The notes under the pieces were generated by a model. That model saw only the letters and a list, made by a program, of their open reading frames with translations, was not told the origin of the DNA and ran no database searches. From contig OZ296653.1 of the NCBI GenBank assembly GCA_965655095.1, positions 38,564,001 through 38,628,000 on the forward strand: a DNA stretch of 64,000 nucleotides. The letters run 5' to 3'. Position 1 is the stretch's first letter, and every line of letters begins with the position of its first letter. The stretch comes from Haplodiscus bocki. Lineage: Eukaryota. A program made the position numbers and the translations under genes. Shown piece by piece: positions 12,458 through 25,100 of this stretch.

Positions 12458-15400
12458 AGGATCTCCGCTCATTTCAGGATGAGTCTGTCATCCGTGGTGC
12501 TGAAGCTGGCGAGCTAAAGGTTTTCCCCTCTGTTCACTTGACGTCCCCGTTGAGAACCTGTCGAGAAATGAGGAAGAGGCGGGAGTGGCGAGTCCGGAGC
12601 GGGTCCGAAAGGAATCTGCTCGCGCTTCAATTATTATATTGGTGCGGTCTTCTTTTGCCATGTGGAGTTGTACGAATTGACGGGGATGATCTTCCGATGC
12701 CTGAAACAATTGCTTCTGTTGATTTTCTTCGTTGCGGTACCCCAGCCCATTGCGATGTGGTGTCTCGCGTCCACCTTCCAAGAGCCTGTGAGCCATGCTT
12801 TTGTGCGAGACTCAGGCTGGGTTGTTGAAACTTCTGGTTTTCTCTCGTGTTAGTAGTTTTGTTTTCTTCTATAATGACTCTACTTTAGCTTTTCTCCCGT
12901 AGATTCCCCTTTGGCATCATTGTATTTTTCATGAGCTAGTTCTAACCGCTCCACATGTTTCTTGAAACTGGCAACATGGGGTTATTCTTTTTCAGTTTTT
13001 CAGTTGATAATTCATCTGGATAGCCTGCTGGTTGTCCGCGATGTGTTCACTGAGCCTTCTGTGTCAGAGTTTGGAGTTGGTGGAACGACCTCTAAAGATG
13101 AGGTGGTATGGCGAGCGACCTCATGTTCATTTTTGATACTTGGTTTTCATCACTTATAAACTAGTTGCTCCGTTGACTTCCAGTCAAGTTTTTGCAACGT
13201 CTTTGCGTATGGATACTGATGAAGGCACGCCGATGAGATCAGGGCGTGAAAATTTTTTGACCGGTGTTGCAAAAGAGAGTCAGGTTCGGAGGAAAAAGTC
13301 GGTTGTAAGAAGACGCTTGGTTCCACCCTCCAAAGGCCTTAACCAGAGAGATCCCCCTGTTCCAGTGCTGATCGAAAGTGAACCCTGCCTGAACAGGCTT
13401 TTCATGAGGGTAAGGCTTCTGTGTATTTGTGGATTTTTTCAGTATTTTCCTTCATTTGAACGTCAATACCTTCTACTTTCTTTTAATAGACCAGTATACT
13501 GCAGATCCTGCCTCTACAATTATCAATGACACCGATCAGCTGCTCGAGTCTTTTTGCTGTTTTTTTATGGAGAGAAGAGTTTGCAGTTACTGGACCCTAT
13601 GATGAGCTCTTAGTATCTTTCCGTATCCACGGAACATCCTGGTTTGAAGTGAAAAATGTTGTTATTTTGTTTTCAGAGTTGAACAAAATTCCAACAGGCG
13701 GGCTGGCTAAGGAGTCAACAGCACTGTCAGGCGTGTCGACAAAATAACAGACACTTTGTCAGATGAGTCAGTCGGGAGCCCCAGGCATCGGGAAGTTTTG
13801 AACAAAAAACAGACAAAAATGACTTATGCCGCTGATGAGCTGGGACGCTTCCTCGTGACTGGTTTAACTGACGCTGCTGGGAAGCCAAATTACTATTACA
13901 GTCTTTTCCACACGGAGGTGTCTGTGCTGACGAGAGGCCAAACGAGATTTCTCAGCATTTTCTGGGCGCTCGTCATTTCTCGGGGGATTATCGCTTGCTG
14001 TTAGAAACTCCTGACTGGTTTTTCCTTCACTTGGACCGGAACTCTCCTTCTGATGAAGAGTTAGGATGAGAGCGGCAGAAGATTTTGCTGGCTCTTTTCG
14101 CCACGTGTGCTTGTGAAAGTGTGTTCAAGGTGACTTTGCTTGTTGACGAGAGTGATGCAACCTATCCAAACCTGACAGTGCTCGCGATGGTGTCTTCCAT
14201 CATGGAAGTCCCTGGCTTGGTGGTCGTTACGAGCTTGTAATGAAGCTCTGGATCCAGTTCATGCTAACTGCCAGCCGAATTGACATTGAGTCGCGAGATG
14301 AAATGCAGGTACTTTCCAGAAATATACGTAGTTTTTTTCAATTTACCCTTGTCTTCATTTGTTCGTGCTTTGGTCAATTATCTTGAATGGGATGTTTGGC
14401 GTTACCCTGCGTCTGGCTATAGGCTGGGTGAATACCAATCAGTACTAGATTAGGGAAATTGAAAAGCAAGATACTCACTCGTGGGTGTTTCTGCGTACGG
14501 GGACCACAACTTTTTGTCCACGTGTGCATGTGTGGCAGATATGGTGAGATTCGTCAGTGATGCAACCGGTGAACTTGGCATCGTTGGTTAGCTTCTTCGT
14601 GCTGTCGATGCAAAAAATCCAGCTGTGTCAGTTCCCTTGTTTCCAGTCTGCTAGAAGAGGTTCATGCGGCTTACATTAGCATTGAACATCTGCAGAAACT
14701 GAGACTTATCCCTGCTCAGTCTTCGTTTTTCTAAAGCACTGCATTTGGAGTTCTTCATCGTCTGTGTTGGGGTTCTTGGATGTTTTCGCCATAACTAATT
14801 TCTTGGTGTCTTTTCTGCCGGGGGCCGAGAGCGGGAATTGGATGATGTCCAGGACTGCCTTGAGACGAGCTGTCATCATCGGAGGGCTGTCAATGACAAC
14901 GCTGCTCGAGGTGGTGGCCTACATCATAGGAGTATGGGCGCTGATCACAACCTACTTGGGAATGATTGGCAAAAGAGGGATGGACACAATCTCATGGTGT
15001 AACATAGAACTTTGTTTTGATTCATTTACGACTGTGGTGTAATTTTCTAGTTTCTCTTTGTTTAGAAGAATGGCGTTGACGGCTACCTTCATATTGATGA
15101 AATGGCTCGCAGGTAACTTCAATGCTTTCATTTGATCTGGGAGATAGGAAATTTGACTTCGGATTTGGTTCATCAGTTTATGTGTAAAACTTGTCTGCTC
15201 TCGGAAATAAGGAAATTTACTTGCATGCTTCTGGTGTCCATACTAGTTTTGTTCGTCCTTTGGGTATTGGTCAAAATATCGGGTTTTTCGTCAATACTCG
15301 GTATTTGCTTTGTACTATCTACCAAGGGATGATGGAAACTAGGAGACTTCATGCAGCCTTCGAAGTCTCGTTCTCATTTTCTCTGCATGAGCCCCACGTG
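12458..15400 (+). pseudogene. Copy of the intron-containing zinc-finger/hAT-like accessory gene (fragment of a - strand element)
   Basis: MTYAADELGRFLVTG...EVSVLTRG (13756-14004); intron 14309-14373 followed by SIILNGM; NWMMSRTALRRAVII...IIGVWALITTYL (14764-15042); homologous to the copies at 28041-32300, 45000-48330 and 58449-61950. Confidence 0.75.
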
Positions 15401-16117
15401 AACTACGAAGTTTCTGTTGCTTTTTCTAGTTTACTCCCAATAAGGTCCGGCGTTATCAGGCACAACTAAGAAAAACTCCGTATCTTTCCGAGTTTCCTCT
15501 TGGTTCTGGCTGGTAGTTCTGGGTCAAAGCAGGAAATTTTCCGTCTCACTCCGAGTTTCTTCATCGTTCAGTTTAGAAGTTTTGTGGAAAAGTGAGATGT
15601 GTTCCTTCCTGAATTGTTCCTCATTTGGTTCTTCGTGATTCAGTCTGCAACAACTTTGTGGAGCTCGTTACAGTGGAACCTGAAAACAACTATCATGAGT
15701 TTGAAGAGCAGTCTCGTTACAAAACCAAAACGATCCTCACGCTGCCCGTGATTGAAAAAACGTAATCCTATATGTTACCCAATCAATCGCCGTTCCCCTC
15801 TCCCAAATGAAAAGCACTTTTTACTTAGAACGCACCTTCTGACAGACTATGAAAAGGTATCCAGCTATTACTAGAAGTCAGAGTTCAAGATTGATTGCCG
15901 TCAGTTCGTCGAAAACTTTGTCCGCAATGTGCTTTCTTCCGTTGCCGCAGGATCCCTCATTGATCAGGGCCTGAATTTTTTCTGCCCTGAGATCATTGCT
16001 GGCGTATATGGGTACTCCACGTACTGCCTGTTTGAACAGCTGCGTAACTGGATTCTTGAGAGGGGCTAGATCCTGCGGTACATCCAACGAAAGCGGCAGT
16101 CCACGGCTCGCACTCAC

Positions 16118-17812
16118 ATATAGTATCAAAACCAGCGGGTAGTAGCTGACACAAAGAGCAGGGATAAACCTGACGACCATCAGTACCAATATTAAACTTC
16201 AAGGATTGGTTGAGTTCAGTATCAAAGTTTTAACCGCTGAAACTTTACGGGTAAAGACTATGGAAGGTCCGACATTTATCTTCCCGTAATTTTTGCATTA
16301 ATTCATTATCGGTTTCAGTAAGCAGAAAAGCGTTGAAGTTTAGCGATATATGCAAGCATCATTTGGTTGAATATGATAACGTGTATCTCAGCTGCGACAT
16401 ATCAATTCTCTTTTTGTGGTAAATTTCAATCAATTTCAGGATTACTGGAGTCGGAACAACATCTTTGTTGTTATACCGCTCAAAAAATCTCAAAACTTTG
16501 GATATTTTCAATTGTCCGTTAATTGATTAAAAAGAGGTGATTTTCAGTAGCAAGTGGAGGTAGATTTTCCACTGTCAACTTGGAGAGTGCTCGTTTTGTT
16601 GAAAACCCTTTTTATCGATTTTTGAATGTCGGGGTTGTGTTTCTCCGGGGGATAACTGTTGCGTATGAGGCCTAAGAAAAAATAACAGGAAGGAAGATTC
16701 TGATTGATTAGCCTCTTGGTAGGATCAAACCACTCGTGAAGGAAATTTACTTTGGTTCTTCTGTTTTAAAGTCCTTGAGTACAAAATCACAACTAGTCGC
16801 TCCACAAACGTGATGCATAATGCGAATTAACTGAATAACACCAAACTTGGAAGAAACAAACTGATTGGCTTTCTTGATGACTCTCAATTCAATAAGAAGC
16901 TCGTTCACCAAAATCGTTGGTATATAGGATGCAAGCAAATTGATTTCAGTGATTGCGATGTTGAATCCGAAGGCTGGTAACACATTAGAATAGCTATCAG
17001 ATTGTTCTGGCAGATCATTTAATTGCTTCCACTGTATTTGCAGGGGATGAGTAGAAACATCTTGTTCCTCCTCAAAATCGGCATTGCATTCTTTCAGAAA
17101 GACGCTAGATCTCTCCTTTAAATTGTGTCTTCGAGCAAGTTGTTCCACAATACCGCTCATTTTTATTTTGATAGCTGTCTTCACTTCAATAAATTCGAGC
17201 TTCACCTGAGTTTTACTTCGCGTAGCTAATCCTTTGTGAGCAGTAATAAATGACGATACGAGGTGATGCTGATCAGAATTGCGCAGAAGAATGGGATTTG
17301 GGATCAAGTTTGGCGAAATGGAATTTTGAATGAGCCTTAGTTTACTAATCTTCTTTGTAATCTCCGTCTCCTTTTACGTTCCATCTTTGACACAGATTCA
17401 AAATCAGAAACGGCCAATTTTACCAATGAGGGGTTCTCCAATTTATAGCGAATATTGAAAGCTTTTAGTTTGTTGCAGACGATTTTTCTCAGTTCGTAAA
17501 ATTTTTGGGTGCAGCAAGTGCTCAAAACAAACCGAGGTTACCAATGCATGATTGTCTGTTATTTCTACCGAACATAAGACAACTGATAATTGGGTTTCTC
17601 AGAAGTGGTTCTGGTAGTACAGAATCTCTACACCCACGGTATAAGTGACTGGCGAAGCAAAAACAATCATGTTTGTAAATTTGTAAGAACTCCATTTGGG
17701 AGTACAGGAAGCTAACTGATTTCTTTTTCTTGTGGCTCCCAAGATCAAATTTTGTACATTGGGTACCACATATCTCGCATGTAACTTTCTCTTTGCGATT
17801 GAATGAAGGTTT
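16118..17812 (-). pseudogene. Maverick/Polinton protein-primed DNA polymerase B remnant (internally deleted, 3'-truncated)
   Basis: LPAFGFNIAITEINL (ExoII-like), VIKKANQFVSSKFG, HEWFD, YNNKDVVPT (ExoIII-like, ~16460), GPSIVFTRK, and IGTDGRQVYPCSLCQ (decayed motif A, DxxSLYP-type). N-terminal KVTCEICGTQ...H zinc-finger-like start near 17790. Confidence 0.85.
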
Positions 17813-19894
17813 TTGAGTTATGGTGGTTCAACAGAAAAATCTGAATTGAACGTAAATATTGTAGCAACTCGACTGCAGCAGTGCATGAGAAAAAAATGAC
17901 AAAAAATGTAACAATTGTTAATCATTATCTTATAGATTTAATGGAAAACCATTAATGGAAATGAACAAAACTGAGAAAAAATACCGCCCAAAAATAGAAA
18001 AACCAACCAATGAAATAGTTTTCAATGTTTTTCTATTATTTTCAAGGACACTGTGTAAATTTAATTCTGAAAAACTAATTGGATGGAGGAAACAACCTGT
18101 CTGTGAAAACATTTCAGTTGGAACAACTTTCCATTTTAGGGTGACAGACGGATTGAGAAAATCAATCAAGTTGGTTAAATGCCCCAGAAAACGTGTCTGA
18201 GACAATCAATCAGTTGAAACAAATTCGTTTGACAAGGCGACGGTTTGTGTGGAGAAGTTTCTGAAAGGAGACAGCTTGTCTTAGAAAAGTAGTTTGTTAT
18301 GATTTTCAGTTTCATTTCAAATGTCAATCAAAAAGACTTCCATAAAAAGAACAAAAACTACTTCTTGTCCAGTTACTGTTGTGTGGAGGTTAAAGCATGG
18401 GATCGGCAATATGCTCGTGACAAATCACCGACAAATCCAATTCGTAATTCGAAGCTTCTAACAACTGAACGACAGCTTTGTATTTGATTCCTCGAAAAGA
18501 ACTGTTTACATCTGATCAATTGGAACGGAAACGTTGCCAGTAGTATCACCGCTGAGAATCAAAATTCTTATCCAATCCGAATCGTTTTTACCGTTACACC
18601 ACTGCTAAAAGTATTTCGCAAAAAATACTGTTTAAAAGCAAATGATGTAAGGCAGAAAGCAAAATCTCACTTTGTGCAAACTGAATACTTTATGCGAAAA
18701 ACTACCAGAGAATTAGTTGGGCGAGACAGACGTGGAGAGTTACTTTGAACCCAAAATTTTTTACCTTTCTCAGTCCCAGCATTGAACAGCAGGAGTTAGC
18801 AAAAGCTCCAACAAAAACTCTTTTGCAATTTAATTGTTCCAAAAATGCCAACCGAAGACACAGAAGCAGTTTTCCCTCTAGGAAGAAATGAATGTTTTCA
18901 AAAATGAAATGTTTTTCCGGTGGAAAAGTTGCGCTAATTTCTCAAAGCTTTTGGTGGATTTAGCAAGTATTCACAGATTCCTTTGCCACAAAATCATGAT
19001 CTACAAAATCATAAGACAACCACTCTACCCAATACTATGAAGTAAAGTATCACACAAGATATCAATATCCTTGAACGTCCAAATGGATAGCTTCTACTTT
19101 ATTTTTGTCTTTCCGTTTTTAAAATAACCAACCCTGTGTTTTTTTCTTCAAAAAATTTGAGCTACCTGTTATTCAATTGAAACTGACAGAAATTGTGAAC
19201 CTTAACCATTGCCAAATTCAACACCTCTACATGAACCGATGTTATGTTGTAAACAAGTGTTAACCAATTGACATGAAAAACGATATGTAGCACATTCAAT
19301 TCTGTTTGACGATATGACATTAGAGTAAAGGACCTTAATGAGAACGAGTACTGTCTGTGAAACTGTGTTGAGAAAAATTTTGAGATCAAATTATCTTTTC
19401 AATTATCTTTTCAGTTTCTCAACAGCAGTGATTATCAATGTTCTCAATGCGCGTCCATATGTCAGACGAGCAATACCTTTTTTGAAGAACAACAAAGTCC
19501 TCCTTCTTGACGTGTAACCAAAAATTATACATTTTCGTAAAGACTGCAAAAGGAACTCAAGAAGTCTTTGGGTACGTCTTTTGTCCTGGCAGAGACTGTT
19601 TCGTTGGAGATAAATGCGAAAGTGTCGACGCTCATGTTACCGCTTTGCGTTTGATAAAAGCTTGTGGAAAACGTGTGGCCTGGGTCTTTGTTCAGAAAGC
19701 CCCCTTAATGTAACAAGAGCACTTAAAGACGACAAAAATTATTAAAACGGGCTTGTTTGTCGCAAAAGATGAGTCCCGACTGCAAAACAAAAAAACCATC
19801 CCCCTTGCTACAAAAGTACTTCCACTCCTCCAACAATCATATTCAAACACACCCGTATATGAACACAAAAAAAAGAAGACATAATCTTGTCGGT

Positions 19895-21580
19895 TGTCAC
19901 AGCATGACTGCGAAGGCTGCGACGAATGTTCCCAACTGAAGATGACAATCCTGGCCCATCAAAAAAATGACTGGAAACTGTAAAGCAATCAAAATACCTA
20001 TATTTTCCAAACTTTCATGATTTTATGAAAAACAATACGTAATATTTATGTATTACTCCATATACTTAACGACATGTAAAAGTCACGTGTCCTATACGAG
20101 CATTTCTGGTGTATTCATACAGATTGGGACGGAATAACCACGAAACGGATGGATTTTCCTTCATTTTCCCTACTCTACGCCCATATCAGTAAAAGGTGCT
20201 GCTTTTATAAATGATTTATTTATTATATGAATGCACGTTTCTGATAACTAGTGCAGTAACTTAAATTACAATTGACTGTGTCAATACGTTTGCTGTAATT
20301 TTCATGATTGTAACCTTAACCTGGAAGTGACTTTAGAAGTCAAGGGTTGCTCCGTAAGTGTTCTGTCGCAACCAATCTGATGACGTCACTAGAAGTTAAT
20401 CTAATCTGCTGTGCTAATATGCTGTGTCTTTTTGGACGAACATGAATTGGTTTTGAAGCCATCGCCTTCATTCTTCGCGGTAACGCTGCGACGAGCGACT
20501 ATCTGGCCGCTCCAGAACTCTCAGTCGAAAACCGGGAACCAGCTGGCAGCAAAAGAGGACGGAGTAGGAAGAAGCATATCCGTGCTCCAAAAGCGATTTT
20601 AATGGGTGCAATGACAGTTTCGGAGCATATTTTTATGCTTTATGATTTTTTAGTGTAGTTGAATTCTTTTTGAAGCATTTTTAGTTATTTTTTTCTCATG
20701 GAAAACCCATTTGATTTTCGTTCAAGTCACTATTCAATGTCCTGACGCAGGAATATGCACTTTTATGTGCATCCATAACGGAAAAGACCCCTACATTTTC
20801 TGTCGAAAGATGGAAAAAACGTGGTTTATGAGAGATGAAACGGACGGTGAGGTTTTTTAGGCAGAGTTGGCATCTCCGTTTGTGAAAGTTTTAATTAAAG
20901 GAATCCTTCTCTATTTTAATTTGAATTGGCGTGTAAACAATCTTGTTTGCCGCCAAGGAAAAGGTAGAAATAGGAGAAAACATAGTACTATTATTATTAT
21001 TATAACAAATTGCAGCCTTCAGTTTTCTGTGCTCTTACCTTTTAAATGTCTGTACGAGTTGAAAACTTTTTCTTCTGTGACAGGAGAAGACATTTTGTTA
21101 AAAAAATCAATCTTTTTTTGAAGATAAAAAATTTTAGTCCAGTCGTCAAAATTTATGAGATTTCCTCCGTTCCGAATTCTAGCAACACTACGGACTCAAC
21201 GAAAATTAACCACGGTCTCGAGAGACACACAAAAGAAGCTCGGAACGGCCGCTCAAAGAACACATTCGTTCCGGAGTTGACTGAAGAGTACATCACCCAA
21301 GTATCGGAGGAAATGGAAGAGAGGATCACTAAAAATGTCCCTGGAATTTAATTGGAAATAGTCACGTATAATGGGTGCTTTGCTGAAGATAGACGATATT
21401 CTTCTGAGCCCGCAAGTACAGACTTGCTCCGGAACCGCTCAGTCAACATCCCGAAGCATCAGCTCAGAAACCGGGAACCGACTAGGGATCGTTCTCCGAT
21501 TGAATCCTATTCTAATGTAGAATTCTGTTTTCGTCCGGTCAGCACTTCAGTTGACTCGAACCGGAAGAAGGCCTCTCACA
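19895..21580 (+). repeat. 5' LTR of element 2
   Basis: TGTCACAGCA...CTCTCACA termini; collinear with 33174-34781. Confidence 0.85.
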
Positions 21581-22770
21581 TAGTGACTAGAATACAAGAA
21601 CAGATTCACTATCGCTCCCCTGGGACTTCATCAGGAAAACAACTGAAGGCGCGTTCCGAAAGTCAGCCACAAATCCGCAGTGGAAGCAAACCTAGGACAA
21701 TTGAAGTAGACCAAATTTGGTTAGCCCTACTGCAACTGGCAACCAACAGCATTTCTGCCAAATTCAATAACAATATCAGAAGTTTCTCGAAACTGGCCAA
21801 ATACCGCACGACGACAAAGCCCAAATTTGACGGAAAATCAGAAAACTTTGAACTATTTGGAGATCTATTCCTAACAAGTCTCAAAATCTACAACCAATTC
21901 ACGGAGAAAAGCAAGATCAACTACTTCCCTTCTCTCATGCACAGTGATGCTCTCCAATTTTTCGAAAACATCATCAGCCTTAACAGAGAGGATTTAGAAA
22001 TAAGGCTGTCTGTGTTTCCTAGGAATTACGTGAAACCGCCAGTCAATGGCGACGGCTAAACAGAAATTCCAAGGACTGGTGTTCAACCTAGCAAAGGAGA
22101 AGGTATTTGATTTTCTGGATGAACTCCAGAAACTAGCAAAGGATGCATTCGGAGTTGCCGCTCAGGCTATCGCCGAGCAATTTGTATATGACCAAATGCT
22201 TCGCAAACTGAAGAAATCTATTAATCAGGCGCATTTGGAAAATGGCACATGTGACCAAATTGTGTCACATCTAGTAAAAAAATTACAACTGGATGGTTCG
22301 GAAGCTACAGATGATCTGCAGAAAATAACTGTGAAGCAGCAAGTCACACAGCAGAATCCAGATAGACGCAAACCAAAATGTCACAATTGGAAAAACCCAA
22401 GTCACCACCGAAACCAGTGTCGTCAAAATAAGCGAGAAAGAAACCATGCCCAAAACGAGAAAAAACAGTGTTGGAAGCACCAATAGAAAAACAGTGGTCA
22501 GAACAAACTCTTACTCCAATAAAAGGCATCCAACAGAACCTTTACAAACAATTCAAATAACTGAAAAGACAGAAAACACCTAACTGTCTACCCACCCTTG
22601 TGGAACCTGTGGTAAAACCAACCATCCCACAGAGAAATGTTACTTTGGAGCAAACGCAGCTAACAGATCACCTCCTCGGTACAAACGACTGGAAGGACAG
22701 CATCGGCCACAACGAAGAGACAACCAGTTGGTCCAAATGACAGTAACCAAGCTGCAGCTTACAAATTAAA
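21206..22770 (+). pseudogene. gag: gag of element 2 (starts inside the LTR)
   Basis: ORFs 21352-22059 (PKFDGKSENFELFGDLF...KINYF) and 22046-22486 (FLDELQKLAKDAFG...EQFV). Decayed knuckle KCHNWKNPSHHRNQC and a second knuckle GTCGKTNHPTEKC near 22602-22640. Confidence 0.85.
21581..21593 (+). promoter_or_regulatory. Degenerate primer-binding site
   Basis: TAGTGACTAGAAT immediately after the LTR-terminal CA; resembles a TGGTG(A/T)CAG(G/A)AGT tRNA-Leu-type PBS (inference). Confidence 0.45.
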
Positions 22771-23172
22771 CTAGCAACGCCACGTCTTTAGTCCGGAGCT
22801 GCATCTGTTAGAACAGCAAAACTTCCATCAATTCTTGAAAATTTCTGGCAGCAAATCTCGGAAACATTTATAAACCGACACAGTTTCAAAAAAAATAATA
22901 CTGATTCGACGGTAAAATAACCTGAAGGATGTTAAATGACGAATGTAGCAAGTCAGACGTCACCATCTAAGTGAATTGAACCACATAACCACGTAGGTGC
23001 CACCGAACAACTTCGTGAAAACTATTGAGAGAACATACCAGTACAGTTGCTCAGCTGCTCCAACACTTGACCTACCGATATCCAGGAATCAAAAAACGAC
23101 AAGCTGACTGCCCTGAATGGAGATACCAGCATTCCCCTTCTCATGATAACAACCCCACTAATTGAGGAATAG

Positions 23173-23620
23173 TTGGTGAGAAATGGACAGACCAATGATC
23201 TGTACCTTCCGCTAACCTCTACGGCGGTCTTGAAACAAAAGCAAGCAACGCTCTACGTGCTTCCTGATGTGGAAAAATATCTAACAATAGACGCCCTGGT
23301 ACACTCAGGAGGCTATTTCGGTGCCTTTCCTCAGGATGAGTTGGGCACCATAAAAAAGAAAGCGCCTTGTATTAATTTCAAAGTCGAAGATCCTCTCACT
23401 TTCCAAAGACAAGTAGCGAATGGCCAGTTAGAAAAACCATTAACAACAGCCACACTTAATTGCGAGATTGGAGACAACACATTTGCTGGCTGAACATTTT
23501 GTTGTAACGGCGAAAATAACAAAGCTAATCATAGGCTTGCACTTTATGAGCAATAATAAAGTGGTCATGGACACAATTTACAGCCTTAACATTTCCCACA
23601 CTTGACGCTGCAATTTAAAA
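23173..23620 (+). pseudogene. Retropepsin (aspartic protease) domain of element 2
   Basis: IDALVHSGGY (decayed D-S-G), QVANGQ flap motif, and IIGLHFM near 23528. Confidence 0.8.
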
Positions 23621-24199
23621 CTGCCTCAGGTGAAGCAACTGCCAAACCCCAACCTTTCCGCAATGACGATGCCCTGACGATACCACCAAGGACAACAAAA
23701 AAATTACAGCCTAGGTCGATCACCCTTCAGAATGGAACAACACAACATGTACTATGACACCATTGGAGAAATTCACGGATATGGCATGTCTGCTGATTTC
23801 ACCTTCAGTGTCAACAATAATTGACGAGCGAGTATCAGTAAACAAAACAACGGAATCACCATACTAATCAAGAAGATTTCACAGTTTGCGGAGTTCTCCG
23901 TAGTCATTCCGGAGCAATCCATGTACCTTAAACCAGCAGACATGGCAATCCTCAGTATGAATCCCCAAGGTGATCCTGATCTGACTGCCTACCTAAACTA
24001 ACTTCTCAGAATCAATAAACCTTAGCAGCAAACAAAACTTTCTAGTTCCCGGCACCTGAAAATCCTGGGAAAATCGAGGACCACACCCGAACATATACAC
24101 GAATCCTCAAAAATTTAACGGAACTGAAAGAGAAACGGAAACTCAACCCACAAAAAAGGGCACAGAGTCTCGGACGAAGTTCTTAGAACGATTTGAGTG

Positions 24200-25100
24200 G
24201 ACTGACAGAGCTCTAACAGAAACAGACAAACAAGCAATTGAAGACATCCTGGTCGACTACCATAACATTTTAGCTGGACAGAAAAGATATTGGGCTGAAC
24301 ACAGAATTCAATATGAAATTAACGCCGACACACGATGAAGCTATATACAGCCAACGCTGGCCAATGCCAATCCACTTGAAACAAGACCTATGTGTTGAAT
24401 TAGCACCGATGCACAAACTCGGAATCATCACGGTACTTCTTTTTTCTAAGTATGCAAGTTTATGATTGCACAGTGGAAACCCAACGGAAAACTACGTCTT
24501 TTTGTGGATCACAGGAAAATCAAGAGTCTCATTACGAAAGACTACACTAACGGCAATCACCCAGTTAGCGTCTCGTCGGACGCAGCACAACACCTTGCAG
24601 GAAAGTCTCTATTCTGCAGGCTAGACTGCTCTCAGGCTTATCACTGTTTGCAGATGGCTGACTAACGTTCAAAGGAAATGCTTGCTATCAATTTTGCTAG
24701 AGGAACTTTTGCCTACAAAAGACTTGCACCAGGTTCAAGCAGATCTGTGTCTGCCTTTTTAAGTTTCAGGCGTGAGTACTGGGATCCACTTGACAAAACT
24801 GACCAAATTGCTCAGTACGTGGACGACATCGGAACTGCAGCTAACAATGCTGCGGACATTACACGGAACATCCAAGCAGTCTTCAAGTGCAATCGCCAAG
24901 CCGGATTGAAACCCACAATAGAGAAGTCCGATTGTGGAGTCAGCCAAGTTGAACCGCTAGGAGAAACAATTTCACCGGAAGCAATCTCACCGCAAGACCT
25001 GAAAATCCACAACTTTCTAGACAAACTAAGTTTCCCCATATCGAAAGAAGCATTACAGTGCTACCTTGCCTTGGATTGGATTTGCGATTTACTACAAAAC
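24200..25100 (+). pseudogene. Reverse transcriptase domain of element 2
   Basis: KPNGKLRLFVDHRKI, FCRLDCSQAYH, FAYKRLAPG and QYVDDIG; premature stops present. Confidence 0.92.

Noticed and set aside
12176-12517. ORFs spanning poly-X
   Set aside because: Artefacts of the 200-N gap.
19890-19894. TSD for element 2 (TCGGT vs TCGAG at ~34782)
   Set aside because: Only a partial match, and the 3' terminal CA is decayed; not supportable.
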